Shown here: positions 1-12,300 of the stretch, one piece after another
Layout of the letters: each line of letters begins with the position of its first letter
Numbering within the stretch: position 1 is the stretch's first letter
DNA from: Eukaryota sp. TZLM1-RC
Taxonomy: Eukaryota; Protista; Metamonada: BaSk clade
Reading direction: 5' to 3'
NCBI GenBank assembly: GCA_040285825.1
Contig: JAUPSS010000005.1
Coordinates: 1,736,001 to 1,800,000, forward strand
DNA length: 64,000 nucleotides
Program-made: the position numbers and the translations under genes
Notes under the pieces: generated by a model
Database searches by the model: none
What the model was told of the DNA's origin: nothing
Seen by the model: only the letters and a program-made list of their open reading frames with translations

Positions 1-478
1 AATCATCTTCGTCATCTGAATCATATATTGGATTGGGACGCTGAGAAGAAGGGGTGTCTTGAAAATATAGTTCATGGATGTCTAGAGCAACGTTTTGTTC
101 CAGAACAGTGTCAGTGGCAGCTGCGAGTCTTACCACAGCTTCAACGTACTTTTCATCCTTTTCCACCTTCTTTCTATAGCCTGTTGTGTGTTCAGCTTGT
201 GTAGGGTCAATGTTTCTGGGCCAACCACCTTCTGTGTGATTAACACCGGTGGACTCGGTTTCATATCGGATTGTGTTAACTTCGTGCTCAGAAACTGATG
301 GTATACAAGATATAGATTTTTCCATAAGAGGAGGTCTTCTCCACTCTGATTCTTCTTCTGGATTTGGGGGAATACTAAGTACATTGCTGAAAAAGGAAGA
401 AAAGTTGCAGGGACGACCAAATTCCTTGCGTTTTTTAGAATACTCTCTGACAGAAGCAAAACCAAGAGAGAACGTCAT
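1..478 (-). CDS. DNAI2: Axonemal outer-arm dynein intermediate chain 2, 5' part (runs off the left edge)
   Basis: Manual translation from the ATG at 478 (not in the ORF track): REYSKKRKEFGRPCNFS...SEHEVNTIRYETESTGVNHTEGGWPRNIDP...YRKKVEKDEKYVEAV...QNVALDIHELYF. This matches the conserved DNAI2/IC2 N-terminus. Confidence 0.9.
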   Translation of the reverse strand, partial: MTFSLGFASVREYSKKRKEFGRPCNFSSFFSNVLSIPPNPEEESEWRRPPLMEKSISCIPSVSEHEVNTIRYETESTGVNHTEGGWPRNIDPTQAEHTTGYRKKVEKDEKYVEAVVRLAAATDTVLEQNVALDIHELYFQDTPSSQRPNPIYDSDDEDD

Positions 479-927
479 GGCTATGGTACTACTTGCTTCA
501 AAGTGCAAGGATGTGGTTTAAGATTTGTGTGTGGATGGAGTTTTCAAAATAAATGTTAAAACGCATTTTGTATATTGAAATTTGAGTTGAAACAAGAATT
601 AAACCTACAATACATGAAGAACAATAAAGGAGCAACATCACAGTTTCAAATAAAGGCATTGAGGAGTACCAAGAACAGGTTAAAAAGGACATTATAGATA
701 ATTGAGGAAAAACACACGCAACCACAAAAGAGGATAGTGTAAACAGCCGCTCCTATATTATAAGCTAAACTAATTATAGTCTTTTTCATAGTTAGTATAC
801 TGTCATAGTTTGATATGAAGGTTCAAGAATGTTCATCAACGAAAGTTAAACTCAAATGATTGGCCTGAATTCTACTACAGTGAAAATTCGCTAATTGTAG
901 ATCCCCAAATAAACATTTTTTGTAAAT

Positions 928-1623
928 TCATTTTATAAATTCGAAAATCCTATTTCCAAAAAAATTAATAGCATTTTCCCAGATTAATAATCTCAATTCA
1001 TCAATGTTTAGATCCATCAAGTCTGCAGCTTTGTCATACACATTCCCTAAGCTATTTCCAGCAGTATCTGTTTCAAGAAAGATTCTACTTGATGGGAGTT
1101 TACCTAAATGGGCCAACTTTGGTGATTTTAACAAACTATTACCAAAAGACAAGTAAAATCCTTTTTGAATAAGAGAACTAGCGAGCTCAAATGAACCAGT
1201 GAAGCCATGAATAGCCATTTTGACTGATGGGAATTCGCGTTTAACTTTTAAAAGGTCATCATAGGCCTTTACACAATGAACCACTACTGGTAAGCCAGTC
1301 TGTTGAGCTATAGTTAGTTGTTTATGAAAAACATTGAGTTGAAGGTTATAGTTGGAGTTGACCTTGGCAGAGGGTTTATCAAGTCCGATTTCCCCTATTG
1401 CAATGATTTTCGACGAAAGATTCCGAAGTAGAGAATCATGTTCACGTGTTATGTTAGAGGAGACATGCCAAGGATGTATACCAACTGTGTGAGGTAGTGA
1501 CGTATCTATGTTAGAGCTTTCGGAAAGGAAAACACTATTGATAGGAAAATATGTGGATGTACTTGATTTATTGTGTGTGTGAAAATCAAGAAGCAGTTGG
1601 TTAGTTGGCAAAAAAGACGACAT
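928..1623 (-). CDS. tatD: TatD-family metal-dependent DNase (short, bacterial-style)
   Basis: Motifs DFHTH, GIHPW, AIGEIGLD, PVVVHCVKA, IHGFTG, FLETD. First ATG at 1623. Confidence 0.9.
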   Translation of the reverse strand: MSSFLPTNQLLLDFHTHNKSSTSTYFPINSVFLSESSNIDTSLPHTVGIHPWHVSSNITREHDSLLRNLSSKIIAIGEIGLDKPSAKVNSNYNLQLNVFHKQLTIAQQTGLPVVVHCVKAYDDLLKVKREFPSVKMAIHGFTGSFELASSLIQKGFYLSFGNSLLKSPKLAHLGKLPSSRIFLETDTAGNSLGNVYDKAADLMDLNIDELRLLIWENAINFFGNRIFEFIK

Positions 1624-1718
1624 TTGCTGATATATGTTGAGAATATAGGGTAACAAAATTGTATTTTGAGTGGTGCAAAAGTGGAGAAAAACATAAATTG
1701 CCTGCTCAAGCTACCACC

Positions 1719-2421
1719 ATGACTTTGCAACAACGTGACCAACCAGCTATTGAAATACACCACAGCCAACATAACGCAGACTCTCAAATTTATGAGGAGT
1801 CTCAGAATCTCTGGTTTTCAACTCAAACCCCACCCACAAGAGCTCCTAAACCAGTTCACCGGGATATACCTGTTCCATATTATTTAAACTATGAAAAGGT
1901 AACTCCAGAATTCCATCCATATGAGGATGAAGACATACCAAAGACTGGAAGAGCAAAAAAGGGGGTTCATCCATTGACCACCTCTGTAGTGGACTGCCTT
2001 CAACAAAAAGGATTATGTGCAATGTCCGACCTGCAGGAGCACTGTGATAACTTGGAATACAGGTAAGTCCTTGTCATCTAACAATTCTCATCACAGAAGA
2101 GCATACGAAATCCTTCAAATCTTGATTCGCTTAGGAATTGTGTCAAAAAACAAGATTTGTGAAAAAAGAATAAATGAAGATCAATCCAAGAATGAAAGTT
2201 TACCTGTCTATCAGTATCTTAATGGAAAGCCTGTCCTGAGAAGAGTGAAGCTTCATCAGATAATGGATGAAATTCAACGTGAACAGAACAATCTCATATA
2301 TGCGGATTGGCTTTTGCACCAGGTTGATAAACTTATCTTATCGAATGATGTAAGTATTCAACAGATTGTGCATTTGACTCAATTGTTGAATGAGGCTGAG
2401 GATTCTCAGTATTCAGAGTAG
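1719..2421 (+). CDS. E2F/DP-like winged-helix protein, 2 exons (intron 2063-2096, 34 nt), ~222 aa
   Basis: A GTAAGT...CAG intron joins ORFs 1659..2066 and 2017..2421 in frame, giving LEYRRAYEILQILIRLGIVSK. This resembles the E2F/DP RRxYD..NVL..LG.I.K recognition helix. Confidence 0.65.
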
Positions 2422-2839
2422 GTTTGGTCTTGGGTCTGGACAATAATTACATTTGGTGATTATTCTTTTCTGTAGTTATAGTGAATTAATTGATATTTTA
2501 AAGATAAAAATCTAGCAATTAAAGAATCATTAATTGACAAATAATAATGTCCTATTACTATCATTATCAGTCGCTTAGGAGGGTTAATTTTGCTGTGTAT
2601 TTGTTCTGGAACCTGCAATGAAATTGATCAAAAACTTTATGCTTCAACATTCCAATTTATTGAGAGATCGATCCTTTACTATGAGTAGGAAATACTTGGT
2701 CATTGGAGAAGGACGAGCCTGGATCCAATTGCAGACAACGGTGAATACAAAACATTCGTACCATCTGGATTTTGACATTTTCCCTTAGATTAATCCACAT
2801 CCCCACGGCTACTACTTGACATTAGTTTGCTATCAGCTG

Positions 2840-4882
2840 ATGCCTAAACCATGGTCTAAAAAGCGTCTTGCCGCTAAGAAAGCCTCCAAACAAACATCAG
2901 ATCCTGACACATCATCACCTCAGGTTAAACGTCCCAGGAAGGAGCTCACAACCACCAACGAAGCATTTGAAACATTTTACTCACAAGTTTTGGGTTTCTC
3001 TGATGTCGAGTATGACCAATTTCTACACTACCTTCGTCAGCCACTCCCCTCCTCATTCCGCATTGCAGGGCCTGAGAACATTAAGCAAATGGTGAACTCC
3101 CAACTTCAACACTTCTCAAGTATCCTCTCTAACGTGAAAGCCTCTGATATTTGCCCTTCTGCTCCTACAGACCTTTCCTGCGCCCCTCTCCCTATTTCAT
3201 GGTATCCAGGAGACCGTGCATTCACTCTCCCGATCGATCGGAGAGCCATTCGCTCCTCAACTGACTCCAACCTCAAAGAATTCCACTCTTTCCTGACCCT
3301 CTTTTCCGAAGCGGGGTTCCTCGTCCGTCAAGAAGCCGTCTCCATGATCCCTCCTTTGTTCATGAAGATACAGCCTGGTGGAAAGTACTTGGATCTGTGT
3401 GCCGCTCCAGGTAGTAAATCGGCTCAGTTGATTGATTTCTTGGCTGCTGAGGGCAATAGTGAATTAGATTTAGGAGTTGTAATCTCTAATGACGCTTCAC
3501 AAAAGAGAGCTTATATGATGCAACACAATCTAACAAAACTAAGTCATGGTGCACCTGCATCTTTGATTAGTAATAATGACGGTCGGGAGTTTCCTTTTCC
3601 GATCTTCGATGTTGAAAATGACCCCCAATCAAATAGATTTGATTCGATACTTGCCGATGTTCCTTGCTCTGGAACTGGAACTTTGAGGAAGAATCCCTTA
3701 ATCTGGTCCTCTTGGACCACACACTCTGAATTATCCTTACATCCCTTACAATTAGCTATTGCCCTTCGTGCTGCTCAGCTAGTCAAGATCGGTGGTCGTC
3801 TGGTGTACTCGACGTGTTCGTTTTCTCCCATTGAGAACGAGGCAGTGGTGGCCAGTTTGTTGGAACAGACAGGGGGAAGTTTACAGTTGGTTGACGTCAG
3901 CAACGACTGTAGAGGTCTACAGTACAGCAGAGGATTGAATAATTGGAAAGTTTTTGATAGCAAGACTAATACATGGTTTGAGAGCTATGATGATGTCAGC
4001 AATCAGAATGGGTTTGACTTTATCAAATCAACAATGTTTCCGGTCAACAATGATTTAAATTTGGAACGTTGTTTAAGAATCTATCCTCAACATCAAAATT
4101 CTGGTGGTTTTTTCATTGCTGTTTTTGAAAAAGTCAAGGAGATTCCTGGAGAAGCTGCTATTTATGACCGGGCGCTCAAAACTGCCAAGAACAAAGTTCA
4201 AAAAGTAGTTTATAAATCTAATCAATTTGCACCCTTGACCTTTGAAGAAGTTGACGTTTCAGAGGTTCAAAATTGCGTCGATGATTACGAATTGAATGAA
4301 AATCACCTTCCTTTTGGGCTATATAGGTCAAATTGCCTAGTTAAATACACCAATAAGGACCAACTCAACCAGCCCAAATCCCTCAGAAGGGTTAATCTTC
4401 TTACTCCAAGTGCAAAGTCCCTTGCTCTCAACAACTTTTCCTCTCTTCGTTTAGTTGGTGGGGGACTGGAAGTTATGAATAGGTTCAGAAAGGGCAGAAG
4501 GGAGACAGAAGCAGCTTTGTTTAGGCTTCCTCATAGTAGTTTACCAGCAATTCATGCGAATGTAGAGAAGCGGAAGGTGGTTGTCGATGATCACACTCTG
4601 ATTAAGGGTTTGATTGAACACGAGGAAGTTGAAATTGGATCATTTGCGGATGAAAATCTGGTCAAATTTTTCAATGATCTTGACTCTGGTAGTGCAGTTG
4701 TTTTAGTCAAACTTAGTCAAGGATTTTTGACCCTCTCTGTTTTAGTTTCAAAGACTGCCGTAAAATTGCTGGTTCCAAAATTAGAAGTCGCTTGCTATAA
4801 AGTTATTTGGGGCATACTGACCGCAACAGAGTCTAGGAATAGAATAATGTGTAGAGATAAGGTCGAAAATGAAGACATTTAG
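2840..4882 (+). CDS. NSUN2: tRNA cytosine-C5 methyltransferase, NSUN2/Trm4 family
   Basis: RQEAVSMIPP, LDLCAAPGSKS, ADVPCSG.GTLRKNP, GRLVYSTCS.SPIENEAVV, RIYPQHQNSGGFFIAV. ATG at 2840. Confidence 0.93.
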   Translation: MPKPWSKKRLAAKKASKQTSDPDTSSPQVKRPRKELTTTNEAFETFYSQVLGFSDVEYDQFLHYLRQPLPSSFRIAGPENIKQMVNSQLQHFSSILSNVKASDICPSAPTDLSCAPLPISWYPGDRAFTLPIDRRAIRSSTDSNLKEFHSFLTLFSEAGFLVRQEAVSMIPPLFMKIQPGGKYLDLCAAPGSKSAQLIDFLAAEGNSELDLGVVISNDASQKRAYMMQHNLTKLSHGAPASLISNNDGREFPFPIFDVENDPQSNRFDSILADVPCSGTGTLRKNPLIWSSWTTHSELSLHPLQLAIALRAAQLVKIGGRLVYSTCSFSPIENEAVVASLLEQTGGSLQLVDVSNDCRGLQYSRGLNNWKVFDSKTNTWFESYDDVSNQNGFDFIKSTMFPVNNDLNLERCLRIYPQHQNSGGFFIAVFEKVKEIPGEAAIYDRALKTAKNKVQKVVYKSNQFAPLTFEEVDVSEVQNCVDDYELNENHLPFGLYRSNCLVKYTNKDQLNQPKSLRRVNLLTPSAKSLALNNFSSLRLVGGGLEVMNRFRKGRRETEAALFRLPHSSLPAIHANVEKRKVVVDDHTLIKGLIEHEEVEIGSFADENLVKFFNDLDSGSAVVLVKLSQGFLTLSVLVSKTAVKLLVPKLEVACYKVIWGILTATESRNRIMCRDKVENEDI

Positions 4883-5584
4883 TATTTTAGTTTTGTTTTA
4901 TATTAAGAATATATTTATTTTATTTGATTGGTTTATTAAATTTGTTTATAAGTCATTTAGTGTAAATTTTCAATGTTGACATTTTGATTTAAAAATTCGA
5001 TGTTACTTGTTAATTAAACTTTTATTGATTCAATTTGACTATTTAGTGGAGACAATGCCTAAGCTACGTATCAAAAACTTTACCTATTTCATTCAGCTAT
5101 CACTTTCTTTGTCTGCTTGTTTGTCATGTTTCCTAATCTACTGTTAAGAAATGAGCATTGGCATCAATTTAAATTAATTTTAATTTGGAAATAACTTTTT
5201 ATCTATCAAAGAACATTTAATAACAGAATATTCTTATTTTTATTTAAATAATAGTTTCTTTTTGTAAAAGCACCATATTAGGAGTAAATACTCTATAAAG
5301 TTCTGCTTTCTTTTCTCTATTTGCTGAATTGAGTTCTCGAAAACTTATGAGGCAAGTCATGTGAACTTGAAACTTTATTACCTTGTTTATCATGATGGTT
5401 TCTACTTCTTCACTATAGGGCTTCTACAGTTCATGCTGCTGGCTAAGGACAGTTGTTGCTTGTTCATGTGTTGATGAAGAGATTGCGTGAATAATCAGGT
5501 GTTTAGTAAACGCAGACTAAATGTTGCTTTAACCTTTATTTTTAATAAACCAAAAATTAGTTTAGCGACACCATCTACAGTAAC

Positions 5585-6682
5585 ATGCGTGTCCTAGCTA
5601 TTGACCACGGTGGACTCCGTGGTATAGCTGCTACTCGTCTCCTCATACATCTTGAAGAACAACTTGGTCCCCTCCACGAGTACTTTGACCTCTTCGTCGG
5701 AACCAGCGCTGGTTCAATTATAGCTACAGGACTGGCTACAGGCATGACTGCTTCCATGATTCATCAATGCTTTCTTACTAATAGACATCGCATTTTCAAA
5801 AAGAGCCAAAACCTTCTTGGCATGGTCTGGCGTTCAAATAGTTCCCTGTACGAGACCACTGGGCTGGATACGGTGCTCCAAGAACAGTTCAGTGGTTTTC
5901 AAATGACCCCCATTTCAATAAGAAAGAAGCTTTGCATTATTTCAAGTACTCTTTCAACACAACCTGCCTCTACTTTTCTCTTTAGAAACTATGAGGCCCC
6001 CAGTAGATACCCGTGTATGACTGGAATCCCGGTCTGGAAAGCAGTCCGTGCTTCTTCTTCTGCGCCACTCTACTTCGCTCCCTTCCAAGACCCCACCCTC
6101 GTTGCCCCTTTTCCTCATACTGGAGAACTGGTGGGTAAGCGGTTTGTGGATGGTGCCGTAACTGCAAAGTCAAGTAGTGTTGCAGTCTCTGAAGCCAGAG
6201 CATTGTGTTCCCCCACAGAGCACATCACCATCGTTTCCATATGTCCTGGAACCGTTCCATCACGTGCCACTTTACCCTCGCCGACATCTTCCATTGCAAA
6301 GATCGTGTCCACTCTTTCTTCAATCACCAACAATCTCTCCCACTTCAGAAGCGTACTCAACGCCGTCGTGGACTCTGCTACCATGACTGAAGAGATGAAT
6401 GCATCGTTGGAAGATTGTTTGGCATTGGCAAATGGCACAACTGGTTCATTTAGTGATAATGGATTTGATATCAAGAACAAGGTCAACTATTTTCGCTTTC
6501 GTCCCACGCTTTCTTTTGACTTTTCCATGGACGAGGTAAGGGCAAACAAGATTACCCATCTGATGGACGATGTGAAGGGTTTTGTGGAGGAAGATAGGTG
6601 CAGGGAAATGGTGGAGATGTTGCAAAAGGTTTATATTAGGGATGAAAGCAGGGAATTCAATTTTCAGAGTATTAATAAATAA
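5585..6682 (+). CDS. Patatin-like phospholipase
   Basis: DHGGLRG oxyanion loop, GTSAG nucleophile, RASSSAPLYF, VDGA catalytic Asp. Confidence 0.88.
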   Translation: MRVLAIDHGGLRGIAATRLLIHLEEQLGPLHEYFDLFVGTSAGSIIATGLATGMTASMIHQCFLTNRHRIFKKSQNLLGMVWRSNSSLYETTGLDTVLQEQFSGFQMTPISIRKKLCIISSTLSTQPASTFLFRNYEAPSRYPCMTGIPVWKAVRASSSAPLYFAPFQDPTLVAPFPHTGELVGKRFVDGAVTAKSSSVAVSEARALCSPTEHITIVSICPGTVPSRATLPSPTSSIAKIVSTLSSITNNLSHFRSVLNAVVDSATMTEEMNASLEDCLALANGTTGSFSDNGFDIKNKVNYFRFRPTLSFDFSMDEVRANKITHLMDDVKGFVEEDRCREMVEMLQKVYIRDESREFNFQSINK

Positions 6683-6748
6683 TTTAATAATTGTTATTCT
6701 TTAATTTAAAACGTTGTATAGATAAATAAATCGAACTTAATTATTAAA

Positions 6749-8553
6749 TTTTTATTTATTTATTTTTTTGTTGATTATTATTTTTGTATTATTAATTTTT
6801 TTAATCCATCTCTTCTTAAACAAAAACACTAGATGCAACTGTCTCATAGTGAGATCCAAGAGAAAGCAAAGCATCAGAAACCATCTTCAACATCCCCTTA
6901 AAAATAGAAAAACACAATTCTATTTTGCCAAAACAATCTGTTGAAATTTCTCCCAGTTCTTCTCTTGACAATCAATTCAAAAACATCCAAAAAACGTAAA
7001 GCAGTTGGGGCAAGAGAACCAAAAAGGGAAAATACAAATGGATACAAATTGTATTTTACATGCTGTAGACTGGCCAATTTGGACAAAGGTTCATTGTATT
7101 TTTTGAGTTTGAAATTTTCAGCATTTGAAAGAGGATTATGAATTTCAGAATTAACAAGCCTTTCCTTTGAGGCATTACAAGGATCAACAGACATTACATC
7201 CAATAAAATGAAGGTTCCATCTAATCCAGGTAATATAACATCACCTTTGTTATTCTTATGAAAATCATCTTCAGTATCAAAAAGATTTGACAACAGAGGT
7301 TCCAAAAAGGATTTAATTCTATGAAACTTACACATACAATATAATTGGTCTCTTACAGCATCATGAACCTTGCTTCTAAAAGTAATAAAATGTCTACAAT
7401 TTAACAAATGAGTAATTGTAATTTTTCGAGAACATTTACAAATTAATCTATGAAGTAAATTATCAGGCCAGATAAAGGAACGAAATCTCATATTTAGAGT
7501 CCAAGCAGAATCGGATAAGAGAGTACCATAAACTTGTGGAATTGTTGTTACTAAGGCAGAAGTACTATTACAGATATCTTGTAAAAGATTTGCAACAGCG
7601 GGGTTCTTTTTGCTGGCCAAGTCAATTCCAACATTCAAAATCCAAGCTTTCAAAAATCTTTGACAATTTTTGTTGAAGCTTTTTACAGCAAACCTGCAAA
7701 TTAAAAAAAGATCGGTTTGGAATTTCTTGAATTGATTGGGGAAAACATTTGGTCCAAATTTGTGGCGGTAATTTTTCAAGTTCACAAGATATCTCATTCA
7801 AATATGGACTGCAACTAGGTACTAACAGATGAGAATCATCAGAAAATCTACGAGAAAGTTCATAAATAAAATTCTTGCCTCCACCCAAAACAGCTGATTG
7901 ACACAAAATAGAAGACTAAGTAAATCCAATACCACCTAAATTTGCTAAAGAAGATAAGTGATTTTTCAACATTCCTGGTTCTACATCCAATAAATCTCAA
8001 TGAATTAGAAGAGCGACAAAAATCTAATGCTGTGGAAGGAGCACAAGATCTCAAAATGTGGGTTATTCTCCCAGTAAAGCAATTTTAAACATGAAAAATT
8101 TAATATGTTTTTCTAAATCTAAAAAAGAAATTGAATCAAGTTCAATTTTCATTTCCTCCAAAATAACTTACAATTCATTCTGAAATTGAGGCACGTTTCC
8201 TAACCAACAACCAAGGAACTAAAAAGCATCACTACTATAATTAGTAAAAGGGACAATAGAATCGTTTAGAATCGTTTATCACAAGATGTTGAGAAATAGA
8301 GCAAATCAGAAGGCATTTGCTGGCATTAAGATGAAGCCCAATATTTTCATATGAATCGGCAATTTCTTGAGCAACCAATTCTAGTAAATCAAATGAACCA
8401 ATCAAGGATATATCATCCATATAAGCAACTGGTTTTATAGAAGGGTATTTTTGATTAATGATATTTAAAGTTTTGTGAATAGCTAAACAAATTAATAATG
8501 GGCCTAAAGGATCACTTTGTTTCAAACCAGAAGATGATTTTATACCAAATGAA
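6749..8553 (-). mobile_element. Degenerate, 5'-truncated CRE-like RLE non-LTR retrotransposon (family B)
   Basis: Frameshifted RT (GLKQSDPLGPLL, AYMDD), CKC..HLLNC zinc knuckle, HDAVRD, GDV..LLDV, KLKKY, WQNRIVF. Tentative TSD ttaattattaaa (6737-6748) / ttaagtattaaa (8554-8565). Confidence 0.85.
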
Positions 8554-9377
8554 TTAAGTATTAAAGATATAGCAGCAAAGGCAATACCAGCCACAGCACA
8601 AATCGTTTCTGGTAAAACAAGAATAAACTATATGTGTTTGCGTAGTGGGCCCACAACGTCACAAAGACCTTAAACCTGGAACAAAATCTGTTAAAGCAGA
8701 CATTTAATAGAGGAGACGGCGGAAGAGCCTAAAACCAAGGAAGTGCACTCTCGAAAGACTGCTCAGTTGGAACCATGTCCGAAACCTGATTCAAGCAATT
8801 AGTTGAGTACAAATATTCCAAAAGGCAAGAATGGGACGAATCGTCCATCTAATGTTATGCTATTGAATAGGAATCATGTACTGTATGTAGTTTTGAACTT
8901 CACATGTAGCTAATTGTTGATTTACACAATTGCAGGGTTCAAACAACACAACAAAATAGAGAATGAAATGCTAAACAAATAATCAATTGAAATAAATAAG
9001 AATACACAATTGAAATGGCCTCTACTTACTCCATGAATAAGATTTGTTTAACACAAAACTTCAGAACAAGTAAAATAAACTATAATAATTCAACTCAGCT
9101 ATATTTAATATATTGATGAACTTCACACCGCTATGTTAAAAAGGATCTTGGACGAAGTGAAAACATCTTTAGATGTACGCTATTTTGCTCTATATTGGAG
9201 TTGGCAGTAGACATTCTGCTACCAATTTCAGATGTCTTTTTGTATTAAAAAAAGGAAAACAACCCAGATGCAAAGCCATTGTTGGTGGCAACTGGTTTTA
9301 AAGTCACTTTTGCATTGTTTTTTTTGAAAATTATTTATTAGAATTGTAAAAACTGAGATTTCATATTGATTATTTTT

Positions 9378-12300
9378 TCAAAGCCTTAGGTTACGACTTG
9401 CAATACGAGCTGATCTCCTAACAGGTCTGGAAGTACTTGCTTCCTTCTTTTTCCTTGGTTTTTTCTTTGGTGTTGGACTTAGATCCAATGCACAAATGGA
9501 GGAACTCAAACTGCTCACTTCCATACGATCAAAGCAAGGGGTCTTACTAGCCCAGGAAGCTTCATTTGGTCTAGTTAACTTAGGGGTTTTGTGCTCAAAG
9601 GAATCTATAATTAATTCATTTTTAATAAATATAGGAAATCCCCAAGAAATGACAGAGCTTCCAGTTAAGTTTACCAATTTGCAACAGTTTCGGGATCTAG
9701 GAAGCAACTCTAAAGGCGAAGTTGGCGTTGTGAAGGTTGATAGCAATAAATCATAGGTTAATCTATCAAGATCCTTATCCGTAACATCCCACAGACATCC
9801 AAGTATTAAAAAAGAAGAAACATTTCCAAAGGCTAAATAATTCAAAACAAAACCATCAGAATCAAAGTAATTGTAATCAATCAATTTTGATGAAGAGCAA
9901 CCCATCAAAGCAATTAAATAGGGTGATTTGGTTGAAGGCAAAAAGTACTTGGAGAAAACATTTTCACCGGCACCATGACCACAATAAAGAAAAACGTGAT
10001 GATTTGACATATTAGAAAGGCTCATCTGTGGATCATGACACGTGTCAACCACACCAGTCCAATTATTCGTCACATTTAGTTTTTGTTTGAATTCATTAAA
10101 AGATTTCGTGGTTACAGGTAAATCCCCCGAAGGATTGATACAATAGTAAACTGAATTTGGATCAACTATCGACATTGACATTTGGGAATCTAAATTTGAT
10201 TTTAACAATGAAAAATGATCATAATTTAAGAATCGAGAAATTGTTATGGAATTTGAAGAGAAAAAAGGACACGATTCTATCGGAAAACATTGGAGGTTCG
10301 AATCAAGGATCAAAAACACGTGAGAGCTATCAAAATTTGAATGGTCTTTTGATAGGCAAATGACTGGAGTACTGACAGATCTTGGACGAGTCGAAATTTT
10401 GGGTTGACAAGTTTCATGAGCTTTACTAATCAAAAGTGACAGGTCATCATGACAGGATTGTGACAAGTTCAAATTTTGAATAAAATTTTTTGTAAGATAA
10501 GAATAGAGATCAGTCGAACCAGTTTTGATTAGTAAATACAAACATTTTTTGATGAAATCCAAAAATTCCTTCAATTTTTCATTTTTTTCCGTTTTTGAAA
10601 ACAATTTCAAAGTAGCAGAGTCTAATAATTGTGACAGATCATCAATAGGTAAAAATAGGTATTTCAAAAAACCCAAATTTTCGTCAAATTTGGACAAGAG
10701 CTCACCCAAATTTTGGTTCTGAGAGTACCTTTTATTCCACCAAACAGATTTTTCACTTTCAGATTTTAAATTCTTTTTCTTTGAACTTTGAAGCAAATCC
10801 AAAGATTCCTCTAGAATTGAATTAAATTCTATTAATAACGGTTGAAAATTAATTTCCATTTTCCAAAATAATGGTCCTGAATCTGCAGAAATAAAAGCAA
10901 AAAGCAAGCTATTGTTAGGCAACAAAGTCAAAGAAATTAATGGTGAGTCAAAGGAGTCTAAATTTTGTTGAATTTGATTGACAAAGTTAGTGGCAGTCGA
11001 GGTGACGTCATTTGATTGAAAATTTGATTGAATGTCAAGATTATTGAAACTGTTTTCCAGGAAATCTAAATCACTATCGACTGTAGAATTTACAGTAAAT
11101 TTTTGACCTTTTGTTTTCAAAATATTGAGCCTGTGTAAATGAGAAAAAGAAGGTGAAAATGATTTTGAATTGATTAAAAATCCTAAATTAGCCTTCCCAG
11201 ATTCAAATAATTTCAGTGCCAAAAGTCCAAAAATTTGTGAATTTTTGACCTTGAATAAAGACCCAACAGGAACGCAAACGTCATTGAGTGACCAAATTTT
11301 CGTGCTGAGTTCAACCAAATCAATATGATCCCCATTTAATAATTTAAATGAATTAATATTAATAAAATTGATCACCTTTGAAACAAAAAAACTAGATTCT
11401 TGATGGAAAGGGTAGAACAAAAAAGGGTAAATAAAAGCAAAATGGTGACATTCTGAGACAACCTTGTTCCTGAAAATGGATTGATAAATTGGATTGGTTA
11501 CGTGAGCAGGTACGTCATCATCGACATGAAATGACGTGTTATTTTGAACTTCACACATGTCACCTTCCAGAAACAGATCAATCAATTTGCCAAGTTTATC
11601 GCCAATCAAAATTGATTGACAATACTTCCGCCATTGCTTGATTTCTGAAGCTATGGACCTTCCACAAGATACTGATAAGAGTGAATACAAGCAATTTTCT
11701 TGAATAAAATTATAAACAGTTGAAAATAAAAATGACAATACAATGCTTGATTCGGAACTAGAATTGAGTAATTTGCAAATTGAAATAGTTGGTTTGATTT
11801 CAAAATTAGAATTTGTATATAATAGTAATTTAAAAGCTTCTTTTAATAAAATGAAGGAATCAAAAACGCTACAATTCAACTGTAAGTGTCTACTATTTAT
11901 TAATAAAACAATTGCTTGAATAATTGTGCCAGAAAATTTGAAATTTTGAGGTAGAAGAGATCGGTCAATCAAATTCAAAAGGTTTTGGTCTAACCTCCGC
12001 GAATCGTGGCCATTAGGGATCATTTTCATAAGTGAAACGAAATATTCCTCTTCATGACCAAATATTGAATCAAAAGCATTTGAATTAAATCTATTTGAAA
12101 CATCATATGGCAGAAAAGAAATAGCAAATCTGAAACAAAACACCAAAGGAATAATTAAAGAATTAAAATGAGTGATGTCCTTTGAAATTAATGAAATCAG
12201 CAAGTTATAAATACTTTCAGTAATTGAGAAATATTCTTCATTAAAACTCAAATAGAATAAATGGTTAAATAAATATTTGAATAACAAAATAATGGTAACT

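Noticed and set aside
95-725. Short ORF-track ORFs near the left edge, and other short antisense ORFs overlapping genes or TEs
   Set aside because: Shadow or off-frame ORFs of DNAI2 and other identified features, with no recognisable motifs.
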